Positions 10,447 to 20,800 of a stretch of DNA of 64,000 nt are shown piece by piece; the stretch's first letter is position 1, and the number at the start of each line of letters is the position of its first letter. Position numbers and translations under genes: made by a program. The notes under the pieces are model-generated. The model was not told the DNA's origin, made no database searches, and was given only the letters and a program-made list of their open reading frames with translations. The DNA is from Marispirochaeta sp. (GTDB lineage Bacteria; Spirochaetota; Spirochaetia; JC444; Marispirochaetaceae). The DNA is taken from contig CAXXFF010000004.1 of NCBI GenBank assembly GCA_963676835.2, forward strand, positions 160,001-224,000, given 5' to 3'.

Positions 10447-11085
10447 TCAGCGGCCGAAGCTTAAGGCCAGACTGTTGCTTCTCAGTACAATCCAGTCACC
10501 TTTCATACTCTTTTCATTATCAAGATAAAAATAGACATAGTAGTTCGGGTCCAGAGGACTGTAGACCTTCACCAGGCCGCTGTTACCGTCAACAACCATT
10601 TTTACAGGAATCTCCTGATTCAGGTTGGCATCAGTAAGCAGGTATGCATACTTGTTTAAGTCGATACTCTCTTCAAGGTTCATGCGGGTATGGGAAACGC
10701 TCTTATATACCTGGGCACTGAGACCTTTGGGGATATCACTTGAAACCGGGGAATTATCGTAGTTGAGCCAGAGAAGAAATGAATCTCCGGAACCCCAGGA
10801 TTTTCTCGGATGAACCGAGTCTGCAAAGATATGCATTCCGAATCCTCCGTGGAGGTCTTCTGCACCGCCTTCGTAGCGTACATTGAACTCATAAATCATG
10901 GGCCCACTCTGGGGAATTTTAATATTGACCTTGGCGAGGGGATCAACATCATCCATCTGATACAATCTGTTTCCGAGCAGCTCCCAGTCGCCTTCGGCAA
11001 ACTGATACTCCGGCAGCCCGGTCTCCGCAGCAAAAACCGGGAGGAGGAGACCAGCAAGTGCGAGTAAAACTACCACCTTCTTCAT
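10447..11085 (-). CDS. Secreted beta-rich hypothetical protein
   Basis: MKKVVVLLALAGLLLPVFA signal peptide; SD AAGGAG. Confidence 0.75.
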   Translation of the reverse strand: MKKVVVLLALAGLLLPVFAAETGLPEYQFAEGDWELLGNRLYQMDDVDPLAKVNIKIPQSGPMIYEFNVRYEGGAEDLHGGFGMHIFADSVHPRKSWGSGDSFLLWLNYDNSPVSSDIPKGLSAQVYKSVSHTRMNLEESIDLNKYAYLLTDANLNQEIPVKMVVDGNSGLVKVYSPLDPNYYVYFYLDNEKSMKGDWIVLRSNSLALSFGR

Positions 11086-11239
11086 AGCGATTCTCCTTGA
11101 TACAAAATTTTTAGGGACCTTACCATGGTAGGTTACCACTTGACAGCCGTCAAGTTATTTCTCCGTGAGCATTTTTAGTTTTTCGCAGATCATAAAAAAT
11201 ATAGTATTATTGTTATATACTGGATAAAAAGGAGTAATT

Positions 11240-11659
11240 ATGAAACATTCCATAGACTGTACCTGGAAAGAAGGAATGGCCTTTGAGAGTACTATTGAAG
11301 GGCACACCATAAAACTGGACGCGGCAGAAGAGTTCGGCGGAAAGAACAGCGGTCCAACGCCCAAACCGCTGCTGCTGACATCCCTTGCGGGCTGCACAGC
11401 CATGGATGTAATTTCTCTGCTGAAGAAAATGAAGCAGCCTGTCTCATTCTTCAATATTGAGGTTGAATCAGAACTCAGCGAAAGCCATCCGAAAACCTAC
11501 ACCGGAATAACCATGGTCTACCAGTTTAAAAAAGGTGACGGTCTGGATGAAAGCAAGGTTGAAAAAGCCATCAAGCTTTCCCAGGAACAGTACTGCGGTG
11601 TATCCGCCATGCTGAAAAAAGCCACCACTGTAGACTACCGGATAGAATATCTCGATTAA
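11240..11659 (+). CDS. OsmC family protein (YhfA-like)
   Basis: GPTPKPLLLTSLAGCTAMDV and YCGVSAML two-Cys motifs. Confidence 0.92.
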   Translation: MKHSIDCTWKEGMAFESTIEGHTIKLDAAEEFGGKNSGPTPKPLLLTSLAGCTAMDVISLLKKMKQPVSFFNIEVESELSESHPKTYTGITMVYQFKKGDGLDESKVEKAIKLSQEQYCGVSAMLKKATTVDYRIEYLD

Positions 11660-11689
11660 TCAGTAAGTCCGAAGGGAGTTTCCCTCAAC

Positions 11690-11722
11690 AAAAAAGCCGC
11701 CGGTATATTTCCGACGGCTTTA
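11690..11722. terminator. Terminator between convergent osmC and hcp
   Basis: A-tract followed by AAGCCGCCGG...CCGACGGCTT hairpin. Confidence 0.6.
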
Positions 11723-11741
11723 CAATAGACATATGCAGCAA

Positions 11742-13358
11742 TCAGGCTCCAGCCATCATGGCTTCCACATCCTCAGCTACAGTTCCTGTCGCTTTGATAT
11801 TGAAGTTATCCACCAGAACCTTAGCCACACCGGGGGACAGGAAGGCCGGAAGGGTCGGCCCGAGACGGATCCCCTTTACTCCCAGATAAAGAAGAGCCAG
11901 AAGCACCGCGACCGCCTTCTGCTCGTACCAGGCAATATCAAAGGAGATGGGGAGCTCGTTAATATCTTCCAGACCAAAAACCTCTTTCAGCTTAAGGGCA
12001 ATTACCGCAAGGCTGTATGAATCGTTGCACTGCCCTGCATCCAGTACCCGGGGAATACCACCTATATCACCAAGGTTAAGCTTGTTGTAACGATATTTGG
12101 CACAGCCTGCGGTAAGAATAACAGAATCTTCAGGCAGGGCTTCTGCAACATCGGTAAAGTAATTTCTGCCGGGCTGCCTGCCGTCACAGCCGGCCATAAC
12201 CACAAAGCGCTTAATAGCTCCGCTCTTTACCGCATCAACAACCTTATCTGCAAGAGCAAGCACCTGGGCATGGGCAAAGCCGCCGACAATCTCACCGGTC
12301 TCTATCTCCGTGGGAGCCGCGCAGCCCTTCGCCAGGGCAATTACCGCACTGAAATCCTTCTCGCCACCTTCGACTGGTTCGGGAATATGGGTTACGCCAG
12401 GGTATCCTGTAACACCGGTGGTGAAAATTCTATCTTTATAGGCATCCTTCACCGGAGTAATACAGTTGGTTGTCATTACAATGGGGCCATTGAATGAGGC
12501 AAACTCCTTGTCCTGCTTCCACCAGGCATTACCGTAGTTACCCACAAAATGTGAATACTTCTTAAACGCCGGGTAGTAGTTGGCAGGAAGCATTTCCGAG
12601 TGAGTATAAACATCAACGCCGGTACCTTCGGTCTGCTTGAGCAGAGCTTCCATATCTTTAAGATCATGGCCGGAAATAAGAATACCCGGATTGTTGCCAA
12701 CCCCAATATTTACAGCAGTTATCTCAGGATTGCCGTAGGTTTCGGTGTTGGCCTTGTCCAGCAGAGCCATTGTTGCCACAGCTGTTTCTCCGGTTTTCAT
12801 GGTAAGAGCAACCAGTTCGTCAGCGGACTTCTCCTCCAGGGTTGCAGCGAGGGTCTCAATTAAAAAGCTGTATACTGAATCATCCTCATAGCCGAGCTGA
12901 GCGGCATGCCGGGCGTAGGCTGCGACACCTTTACAGCCATAAATAATCAGCTCCTTCAGTGAGCGCACATCTTCATTTGATTCAGAAAGCACACCAACAA
13001 GAGCAGCTTTTACCGGCCACTGGGATTCATCAAGATTCCATACCGCTGCATCATTGGTTACAGCACCGGTAGAAATTGAATCCCGCAGGTGCAGGGCATT
13101 GCGGATAAAGCCTTTAAGACTCTCGTCATCAAAATTGGCGTTGGTTATTGTGGTAAAAAGGCCATCGGCAACAGCTCTTCCGGCATCGCTCTTTGCCGCG
13201 GAATCCCCGGATGCTGATGCAACGGCTGCAAGGCCCTTCAGGGTATAGATTAATAAATCCTGATATCCGGCGGTTTCGGGCTTTTTGCCGCAAACGCCGC
13301 TTACAGTACAACCGCTGTTTTTTGATGCTTCCTGACACTGAAAACAGAACATACTCAT
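11742..13358 (-). CDS. hcp: Hybrid cluster protein (hydroxylamine/NO reductase)
   Basis: [11 protein letters not shown]5-CGK (CX2CX8CX5C), SGHDL, THSEMLP, GCDG, GQCND and WYEQK motifs. Confidence 0.97.
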   Translation of the reverse strand: MSMFCFQCQEASKNSGCTVSGVCGKKPETAGYQDLLIYTLKGLAAVASASGDSAAKSDAGRAVADGLFTTITNANFDDESLKGFIRNALHLRDSISTGAVTNDAAVWNLDESQWPVKAALVGVLSESNEDVRSLKELIIYGCKGVAAYARHAAQLGYEDDSVYSFLIETLAATLEEKSADELVALTMKTGETAVATMALLDKANTETYGNPEITAVNIGVGNNPGILISGHDLKDMEALLKQTEGTGVDVYTHSEMLPANYYPAFKKYSHFVGNYGNAWWKQDKEFASFNGPIVMTTNCITPVKDAYKDRIFTTGVTGYPGVTHIPEPVEGGEKDFSAVIALAKGCAAPTEIETGEIVGGFAHAQVLALADKVVDAVKSGAIKRFVVMAGCDGRQPGRNYFTDVAEALPEDSVILTAGCAKYRYNKLNLGDIGGIPRVLDAGQCNDSYSLAVIALKLKEVFGLEDINELPISFDIAWYEQKAVAVLLALLYLGVKGIRLGPTLPAFLSPGVAKVLVDNFNIKATGTVAEDVEAMMAGA

Positions 13359-13434
13359 GGTAAAACTCCTCTTTAATGCCGGAAGCTTTCTGCCCCGGCT
13401 GTATCTGAAGAGTACCCTTGAAATCGGAGTAGTT

Positions 13435-13451
13435 CTGTAATATATGTTACG
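13435..13451. promoter_or_regulatory. HcpR-type binding site
   Basis: GTAA-TATATG-TTAC palindrome (minus strand cGTAACATATATTACAG) between divergent hcp and the Crp/Fnr gene. Confidence 0.7.
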
Positions 13452-13453
13452 TT

Positions 13454-14158
13454 ATGGGCGAAATATCCTCTCAAATACCGGGAAGAGTTTATCAGGACCT
13501 TGCATCATCTCCGTTTTTTTCCGGTTTTAGCGTCAGAGAAATACGGGAACTCTGCAGTACAAGCCGCTGCAGCTTTAAAACCTTCCACCGGGAAGCCCTG
13601 GTTGCCTTCCGCAGCGACAGCTATGACCGGCTCTTACTGCTCTCCCGGGGTACACTTATTGCGGAAATAGTGGACGACCGGGGCACCAGTCTCAAGGTGG
13701 AAAGCCTCACCGGGCCGACACCGGTGGCGACAGCCATTCTTTTTTCCACCGAAGCACTGCTGCCGGTACAGCTGCGGGCGGAGACAGATGTAGAGCTCTT
13801 AAGTATTTCCAGACAGGGGATACTCGATATGTGCAGGGAGGATGAACGTTTTCTTACTGCATATCTCAGGGACGCCGGAGACAAGGTTACCTTTCTGGCG
13901 GAAAAAATACGACTCCTCCGTTTTACCACAATTCGTCAGAAAATTGCCGGATATTTTCTGGATCTCCTCCGGAAACAGGGCACCGAACTTATCAGCCTTC
14001 CCTACAACCTGGAGGTAACCGCAGATATGTTCGGAGTAACCCGGCCGGCCCTCTCCCGCTCTCTGTCACAGCTTGTAGAAGATGGAATTTTAGGAAGGGA
14101 AGCCCGGGAATACCGTATTTTAAAGAAAGAGAAACTGAAGGAAATGCTTTCAGAATAA
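13454..14158 (+). CDS. hcpR: Crp/Fnr family regulator, HcpR-like
   Basis: cNMP-binding domain plus C-terminal HTH ADMFGVTRPALSR; divergent from hcp. Confidence 0.85.
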   Translation: MGEISSQIPGRVYQDLASSPFFSGFSVREIRELCSTSRCSFKTFHREALVAFRSDSYDRLLLLSRGTLIAEIVDDRGTSLKVESLTGPTPVATAILFSTEALLPVQLRAETDVELLSISRQGILDMCREDERFLTAYLRDAGDKVTFLAEKIRLLRFTTIRQKIAGYFLDLLRKQGTELISLPYNLEVTADMFGVTRPALSRSLSQLVEDGILGREAREYRILKKEKLKEMLSE

Positions 14159-14172
14159 GCGCTAAGGTTCTG

Positions 14173-14868
14173 TTACAGATCCTTCATCCGGTAGCCTATA
14201 CCCCGGACAGTTTCTATGCAGTCACCGGTTTCGCCCAGTTTTTTGCGGATATTAAGAATCTGAACATCAACTGACCGCTCGGTTACCGGGTAATCATCAC
14301 CTTTAATATTGGAAATAATCTGCCCCCTGCTGAAAACCCAGCCGGGGTTACGGGCAAGAAACTCAAGAATCTGGTACTCCGTAAGACTGAGCGACAGGGA
14401 CTCTCCCCTGTTTTCCACCTTATGGCGAAGAGGATCAATGGAGATGCCGTGGATGTTAATAGGACCGGCCTGATCAGCTTTCTGTTCAGCAGCTCCTCTT
14501 CGCCGCAGAAGTGCACGAACCCGGGCGGTCAGCACCTTGGGGCTGAAGGGTTTGGTAAGATAATCATCTGCACCAAGTTCCAGACCGAGTATTATATCCG
14601 ACTCGTCATTGCGGGCTGTAACCATGAGGATGGGGATGTCTCTGCTTGCATCTTCCATACGGAGCTTTTTGCAGATATCTATGCCGCTTAATCCGGGAAG
14701 CATGAGGTCAAGAATAATCAGATCGGGACTGATTCGACGGGTCTCTTTCAAGGCTTCATCACCACGGTGCACCCCATGAACGGTAAAGCCCTCTTTTTCG
14801 AGATTAAACCGAATCAGCTCAAATATTGACAGCTCGTCTTCAACAACAAGAATTACAGTTTTTGCCAT
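14173..14868 (-). CDS. OmpR/PhoB family response regulator
   Basis: VEDE, LDLMLP, GADDYLTKPF and wHTH RSVDVQI...TVRGIGY. Confidence 0.93.
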   Translation of the reverse strand: MAKTVILVVEDELSIFELIRFNLEKEGFTVHGVHRGDEALKETRRISPDLIILDLMLPGLSGIDICKKLRMEDASRDIPILMVTARNDESDIILGLELGADDYLTKPFSPKVLTARVRALLRRRGAAEQKADQAGPINIHGISIDPLRHKVENRGESLSLSLTEYQILEFLARNPGWVFSRGQIISNIKGDDYPVTERSVDVQILNIRKKLGETGDCIETVRGIGYRMKDL

Positions 14869-14931
14869 ACGCCCCCGCAACAGCTATCAGCTTAACTCAT
14901 TTTACCATGGGGGGGAATGAGAAAAAAAGAG

Positions 14932-15297
14932 TCAGGCCCGTATTCTTCTACGACGGTCTATCTCTGTCTGCGCTTCAACAGTGTAGAGAGCATATGGAAT
15001 GGCCCTCAAACGTTCGCGGGGAATAATTTTTCCGCTTTTAAGACAGTACCCGTAGCGTCCGGCTTTAATCCGGCCCAATGCAGAGTCTATCTGCTGCAGC
15101 CGGGTAAGCTCCTGATGACCAAGATGTTCAAGGGTTTTGCGTTCTATGTCGGAACTTGCAAGATCCACCGAATCCATGGGTTCGTTTTTCTCACATAGTT
15201 CTGCAAGTTCACTGCTCTCCTGTACCAGGCGTTCAATGATGCCGCATTTAAGCTCCTGCAGACGTTCCTCCATTTCATTTAGAAAAGACTGGTCCAT
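14932..15297 (-). CDS. dksA: DksA/TraR family transcription factor (Zn-finger-degenerate)
   Basis: Coiled coil with DSVDLAS tip; ALGRIKAGRYGYC..I..ERL.AIPYA; SD GGAG. Confidence 0.85.
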   Translation of the reverse strand: MDQSFLNEMEERLQELKCGIIERLVQESSELAELCEKNEPMDSVDLASSDIERKTLEHLGHQELTRLQQIDSALGRIKAGRYGYCLKSGKIIPRERLRAIPYALYTVEAQTEIDRRRRIRA

Positions 15298-15514
15298 CCG
15301 AAGACTCCTCCAACATTGTTTTGGGAACCAATATAGTCCGGTTTTTCGAATAATCAAACATTTTTTTTAAGAAATGATGAAATTACTTGGATTATTTACA
15401 AGAAATAGCGAGAAAACTACGATTTGTTAAAATAGTGTGAAAAAAACTTCAATTGCATCCGCTAAAAAATGTGAGTAAACTAAGAACGTACGCCCCCTGG
15501 GAAAGGAGTGATTC

Positions 15515-15898
15515 ATGAAGCATAATTTGGAAGAGTACCGGAAACGCATTAACAGTCTGCCCGAACATGATCGTAAAAGTATTGATATTGCCGCTGAACA
15601 GCTTAGAATGCTTCAGGCTTCTTTTAATACAGGATCAATGGATGTTGATCTGATAAACATCACAAAAACGAATCTCCTTGATCTGTTTCAGGAAATAGAC
15701 GGCTACAGCCTGGAAGAGCTCCGCAAAACGTGGATGTTTGAGCCGCCCTTTGATCCGGCAAAACCGGAAGAGTGGCTGGACCATGCAAAACAGGTGAGAA
15801 TAGCCTATCTGACCGAACAGTTTGAACTGCTCTCCCGGCTCCGCAGCGATGAGCCTGAGGCCTGGGATGAGATCAACGAACTGTTTTTCGACGATTGA
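15515..15898 (+). CDS. Hypothetical helical protein
   Basis: 127-aa ORF with SD AAGGAG; stop overlaps the next start. Confidence 0.75.
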   Translation: MKHNLEEYRKRINSLPEHDRKSIDIAAEQLRMLQASFNTGSMDVDLINITKTNLLDLFQEIDGYSLEELRKTWMFEPPFDPAKPEEWLDHAKQVRIAYLTEQFELLSRLRSDEPEAWDEINELFFDD

Positions 15899-16866
15899 GG
15901 CCTAACCTGAATACTGTACGAGCTTATATAATCTGCATTTTGCTGGTTCTTGGTTCCGGATTCCTGGCCGGAGAAGAGGCGGTTCACGAAGTGGAAGCCT
16001 CATTATACGCCGGCTTCGGTTCTACAGAGTACTTTCTTGATGTAAATGACGGCTCAACGGGAGTACAAAGCCTGCTGATTTTCCCTACCGATGCGCTCTA
16101 TGCAGGAGTTCAATATACATATACCCCTCCAGGCGGCGCATGGCAGGCAGAAGTCGCTCTCAGCACAAACATTACAGCCCCATACAGCATGATGCTTGAT
16201 TACGACTGGTTTTATTATGTGGGATACTCATCAATACCCTTCAGCTATACAGAATCAAATCTGGTTTTTCGCGCCCTCGATGTAAAGACCAGGGGCAGCC
16301 TGACTCTGATAGACACACCTCAGACAAAAATCTACCTCACCGGAGGATACAACCTTTTTTTCAACTATCAGTTAATGACCGATTATGCAGGCTGGCAGTA
16401 TCAGGATAACGACAGCGATGGTGAGTATGAAGCAGTCTACATATCTTCCAATGCTGACGGGATTGAATACTGGGTTCTTTTCCACATGATTTCGGCAGGG
16501 GCAGCATGGGAGAGCCGATTGGACAGCAGTATAAGTCTCAGATTGGAGGCAGCTCCCATTGCGGGACTATTCTTTGACAGCGATGATCATCTGCTTCGGT
16601 ATAAGCTGTCCACTGCTTCAGGTTTCGGCCTGGGGATTTCGGGAAATGCCGCCCTGAGATACGAGCCTGCATCAAGCTCTGCAAGTTCCTGGTATGCCGA
16701 ACTGTACACTGCGATTCGCTGGTTTCAGGCAAACGGGTCCCAGCGTCAATACTGGTACGCTGATGGAGATCAACCGGAGGGAACGGAAAACACCGGAATT
16801 CCTCATCAGGTTACTCTCTTCGATCCGCAAATCGGGCTGAAATTCGGGTTTCAGCTGAGTCCCTGA
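15895..16866 (+). CDS. Omptin-family outer-membrane protease
   Basis: Signal peptide, amphipathic beta strands, MLDYDW and DSDDHLLR omptin-like catalytic motifs. Confidence 0.7.
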   Translation: MRPNLNTVRAYIICILLVLGSGFLAGEEAVHEVEASLYAGFGSTEYFLDVNDGSTGVQSLLIFPTDALYAGVQYTYTPPGGAWQAEVALSTNITAPYSMMLDYDWFYYVGYSSIPFSYTESNLVFRALDVKTRGSLTLIDTPQTKIYLTGGYNLFFNYQLMTDYAGWQYQDNDSDGEYEAVYISSNADGIEYWVLFHMISAGAAWESRLDSSISLRLEAAPIAGLFFDSDDHLLRYKLSTASGFGLGISGNAALRYEPASSSASSWYAELYTAIRWFQANGSQRQYWYADGDQPEGTENTGIPHQVTLFDPQIGLKFGFQLSP

Positions 16867-16867
16867 T

Positions 16868-17827
16868 TTACGATTTCTCTTCCGACGAGACGACCCTGTT
16901 GCGGCCAGCCTGTTTTGCAAGATACAGAGACTCGTCAGCCTGTTTTATCAGCTGGGCCTGATCCTGATCGGTCAGATCCTGCACGCCGGCACTGATGGTG
17001 ACTTTGAGGTCGGGAAAGTTCCACTCATGCTCTTCCACCCGTGAGCGGATACGCTCCGCGATAACCATACCTCCGTCCAGGGGCGTATTGGGCAGTACCA
17101 GCAGAAACTCTTCACCGCCGTAACGGCCCGCAATGTCTCCCTCACGGATATTGGAGCGGATAATATCCGTTACCACCCGGAGGACATCATCGCCGAAGGG
17201 GTGTCCATGGGTATCGTTTATATTCTTGAAGAAATCAATATCAAGCATCATCACCGTAAGAGGAGAACCGTAGCGACGGGCATTTGCCGCCTCCTGGTGA
17301 AGCCGTTCTATGGTGAAGGAGTGGTTATACAGTCCGGTCAGGCTGTCGGTAATAGCCAGCTGCTGGAGCTGCTGATTCTGCTTACCCACCTCATCCATAA
17401 AGTGAATTATCAGCTTCCGGTTATTTACCAGCTCAATATGATTACGTACCCGCACCAGCAGCTCTTCCGTGTTGAAGGGCTTGGAAATATAATCCGCGGC
17501 GCCAAGCTTGAATCCCTTTACAATATCTTCCGGCTGATTAAGGGCGGACAGAAAAATCACCGGAATATCTTTCATCTCCGGAGAATCTTTCATGCGGCGG
17601 CAGACTTCAAACCCGTCTATTCCGGGCATCATAATGTCCATCAGTACCAGATCCGGCTTAACCCGGGGAATCATTTCCAGCGCCTTCTCACCGCTTGAGG
17701 CGGGAGAAATCTTGAACCCCTCATCCTTGAGGATCTTGCCGAGAAACTGAATATTTGCAGGCACATCATCCACAATCATGATTGCCATTTCGCTTATTTC
17801 AAAGGGTGATGTCAGAAAATCGGTCAC
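16868..17827 (-). CDS. Response-regulator diguanylate cyclase (REC-GGDEF)
   Basis: VDD/LMDIMMP receiver; DSLTGLYN; RxxD I-site (REGD) followed by GGEEF. Confidence 0.95.
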   Translation of the reverse strand: MTDFLTSPFEISEMAIMIVDDVPANIQFLGKILKDEGFKISPASSGEKALEMIPRVKPDLVLMDIMMPGIDGFEVCRRMKDSPEMKDIPVIFLSALNQPEDIVKGFKLGAADYISKPFNTEELLVRVRNHIELVNNRKLIIHFMDEVGKQNQQLQQLAITDSLTGLYNHSFTIERLHQEAANARRYGSPLTVMMLDIDFFKNINDTHGHPFGDDVLRVVTDIIRSNIREGDIAGRYGGEEFLLVLPNTPLDGGMVIAERIRSRVEEHEWNFPDLKVTISAGVQDLTDQDQAQLIKQADESLYLAKQAGRNRVVSSEEKS

Positions 17828-20800
17828 CTACTCCTCCGGTGGAAATTCAATAATCCCTAACAGAACCGGCAGACGCTTCATTAAAAGCTCCATGCTTTCA
17901 ACATCCACAGTCTCAGCGGCAGACTTCATCTGGTCGCTCCAGCTCTGCAGCCCGCGGGCATTATATTCTTCAGCAATTGCCCTGACCCGTTCGGCAAAAA
18001 GCTCCAGATCTTCGGTATAGTAGGAACTTTTCAACTCCTGCCATTCCAGCATCAGCTGCTTTGCCTCTGCTTCAGGTACAATGATTGTACCCGAATCCGC
18101 GGTGTTATTAAAAGAGGAGCTTGATGTTTCATCCCGGATCTCCACCAGGGGCAGATATCTGACAAGCACTTCATGAACCTGCTTAAGGCTCACCGGTTTC
18201 AGCAGCACCTCATCCACCCCGGCTTCTGTTATCCTGTCCCGGATGTTCCCCATGCTCGAAGCGGTAATCCCCGCAACCGGCACAGTGGGAAACTGACGCT
18301 TGAACTCTGCAAGAACCGCGTATTCATCTCCAGTGGTTGATGATGCACTGAGATAGATAATAAGAAGATCCGGAACATCCCGCTCAGAAGCTTCCAGCAG
18401 ATTATCCAGTTCTGTGGCAACAATATGCAGATTCCGGCCGGCATAGGAAACATACTTCCGCATGAGCTGAAGATTTATCTCGCTATTGTCGGCTATGGCA
18501 ACCACTGCAGGCTCAAAAACAGCTAGCTCCGCAGCCTCAGGATCTTCGGCATATTCACTTATACTTGAGACTGCAACATCCGGCAGGGTAAGAATAAAAC
18601 GGCTTCCCCGACCCTCTTCACTCTCCAGACGAATATCACCACCCATAATCCGGGCCAGCCGCCGGCTGATGGTGAGTCCGAGGCCTGTGCCGCCGGAATG
18701 GGGAGCCTTACGCTCCCGCACCTGATGAAAGGCTTCAAATACTTCGTCCTGCTGTTCCCGGGGAATCCCCTTTCCGGTATCCGATATTTCGATATAGAGA
18801 GCTGCAGTGTTAGAGACTGGTCCGGCAATGGCTATATGCAGGGTTACCGAGCCGGATTCGGTGAACTTGACAGCATTGCCCACAAGATTGAAAAAAATCT
18901 GCCTGAGACGGACTCCGTCAAGCAGAAGCCCCCGGGGAACATCCGGATCAACCCGGAAATCGATCTCAAGCCCTTTACGGTCACAATCAACGGAAAACAG
19001 ATCCACAATCTCCCTGCCTACATCGCGAATATCCAGGGGGGATTGGACAAGATCAAGACGTCCGGCTTCGATTTTGGAGAGATCCAGTATATCGTTGATA
19101 ATGCTCAGCAGGGTTTTACCGCTTTTCCGGATGATGGAAATATGTGACTTCAGTTCCGGAGCAGTAATTTCCCGCTGAAGGACCTCGGCAAAACCGAGGA
19201 TGGCATTCATGGGAGTACGTATTTCGTGACTCATATTGGCAATAAAAAGACTTTTTGCCTGGTTCGCCTCTTCCGCGGTCTGTTTTGCCTCGGTAAGCCG
19301 CTGCTCCGTCTGTTTCTGGTGTGAAATGTCCCGGATAATCAGCTGCACAATCCCGGCCCGGGGGTCCAGCAGTGAGGCTGAGATATCAGCATCAACCTCC
19401 CGGGAACTCTGCGCCTCAAGGACAGCTTCCCGGCGCACGTGGGTTCCCCGGCGCAGGTAGCCGACCAGCTCATCATGATCATGCTCATCTTTGTAAACTC
19501 TGCGTATGTTTTTCGTTTCAAGTTCTGCCTTATCACAATCCAGCAGGGCTGCAGCGCTGTTGTTCACCTCGAGAATATCGCCCACTATGTCATGAATGAT
19601 AATTGCGTCGTTGGAGTTCTGGAACAGAGCCCGGTATTTACGTTCACTGTTTTCCAGTCGAAGGCTGCGTTCCCTTTCGGTGGTCACATCTTCATAGAGT
19701 CCCAGTACCGCGGTGGGTTTTCCCTGTGCATCCGGGATGGGGATTTTACTGAAACGGATATAGCGTAGAAGTCCGTTTTTGTCCGGTACCGGTTCAAGAA
19801 TATTCAGCCGTGCAGTTCCACGACTGAATACACCGTCAGATTCCTTCAACGAGAGTGCTCCGGCGAAGGTGGAATGCAGCTGCTCCTCAGATTTTCCGAC
19901 AATAGCTTCCGGAGAAGAGAAACCTGCATCTATGGCAAAACGGCTGTTGCAGCCGAGAAAAACTCCGGAGGCGTCCATCCAGAAAACACTCATGGGAATA
20001 TTGTCCATTACGAGGGAGAGCATCTGCCTGGAGTTGCGCAGCTCACTGGTCCGAAGCCGCACTTCCTTCTCGATATCTTCCGCCCGGGAAACCGAAACAA
20101 GAACGGTGGAAAAAAAGACAAGCACCACAATCAGGGCAAATCCCATTACAATCTCGGGAAAATATCCCATGGGCTCTTCAAACGCTCCGGGAGCTTTGCT
20201 TATTCGACACTGCAGAGTTGAGCCGGGAAAGTAGGTCAGTCGAGTGTAAATACCGTCAACAAATTTCTCATTGAAGAGTTGATACGGCTCCTGAGAAGTG
20301 TAGGTGTCGTTAAAGGAGAATTCCAGATTATATGCATCCCGTTCCAGAAGCCCGCCGATAAAATTAAACAGTATTACCGGCGAGAATACCAGGCCGACCC
20401 CTCCGCCATTGGAAGTTGCCCGAAAAAGGCCGATAATATCCGAACTGTCAAAGCGCAGCGATTCAGAATCCGGTGCAGCCACAAAGATGTCTCCTGTATC
20501 CAGGCTTTTAACATGTTCTCTTTGACCAGCTACAAAGGTTTCAGCATTTGCCTGGAGGTAGACAAACTCATTATTCCCGTAATACTGCATGGTATCGCCG
20601 TTCCAGCGGCACAGAAGTACCAGATCCCGGTAATTCCGGGTAAGAGATTCGGCAAGTTTTGTAAATGCATCTTCTGAAATATTCGGGTCTGCCTTGATTT
20701 TTTTTACCACTTCCAGATTATCAGCATATTGACCGAGCAGGCGGTAGCGCATTTCCAGAACCTTCCCGGCCAGGATAGCCTGACGCCGCATGGCATCATA

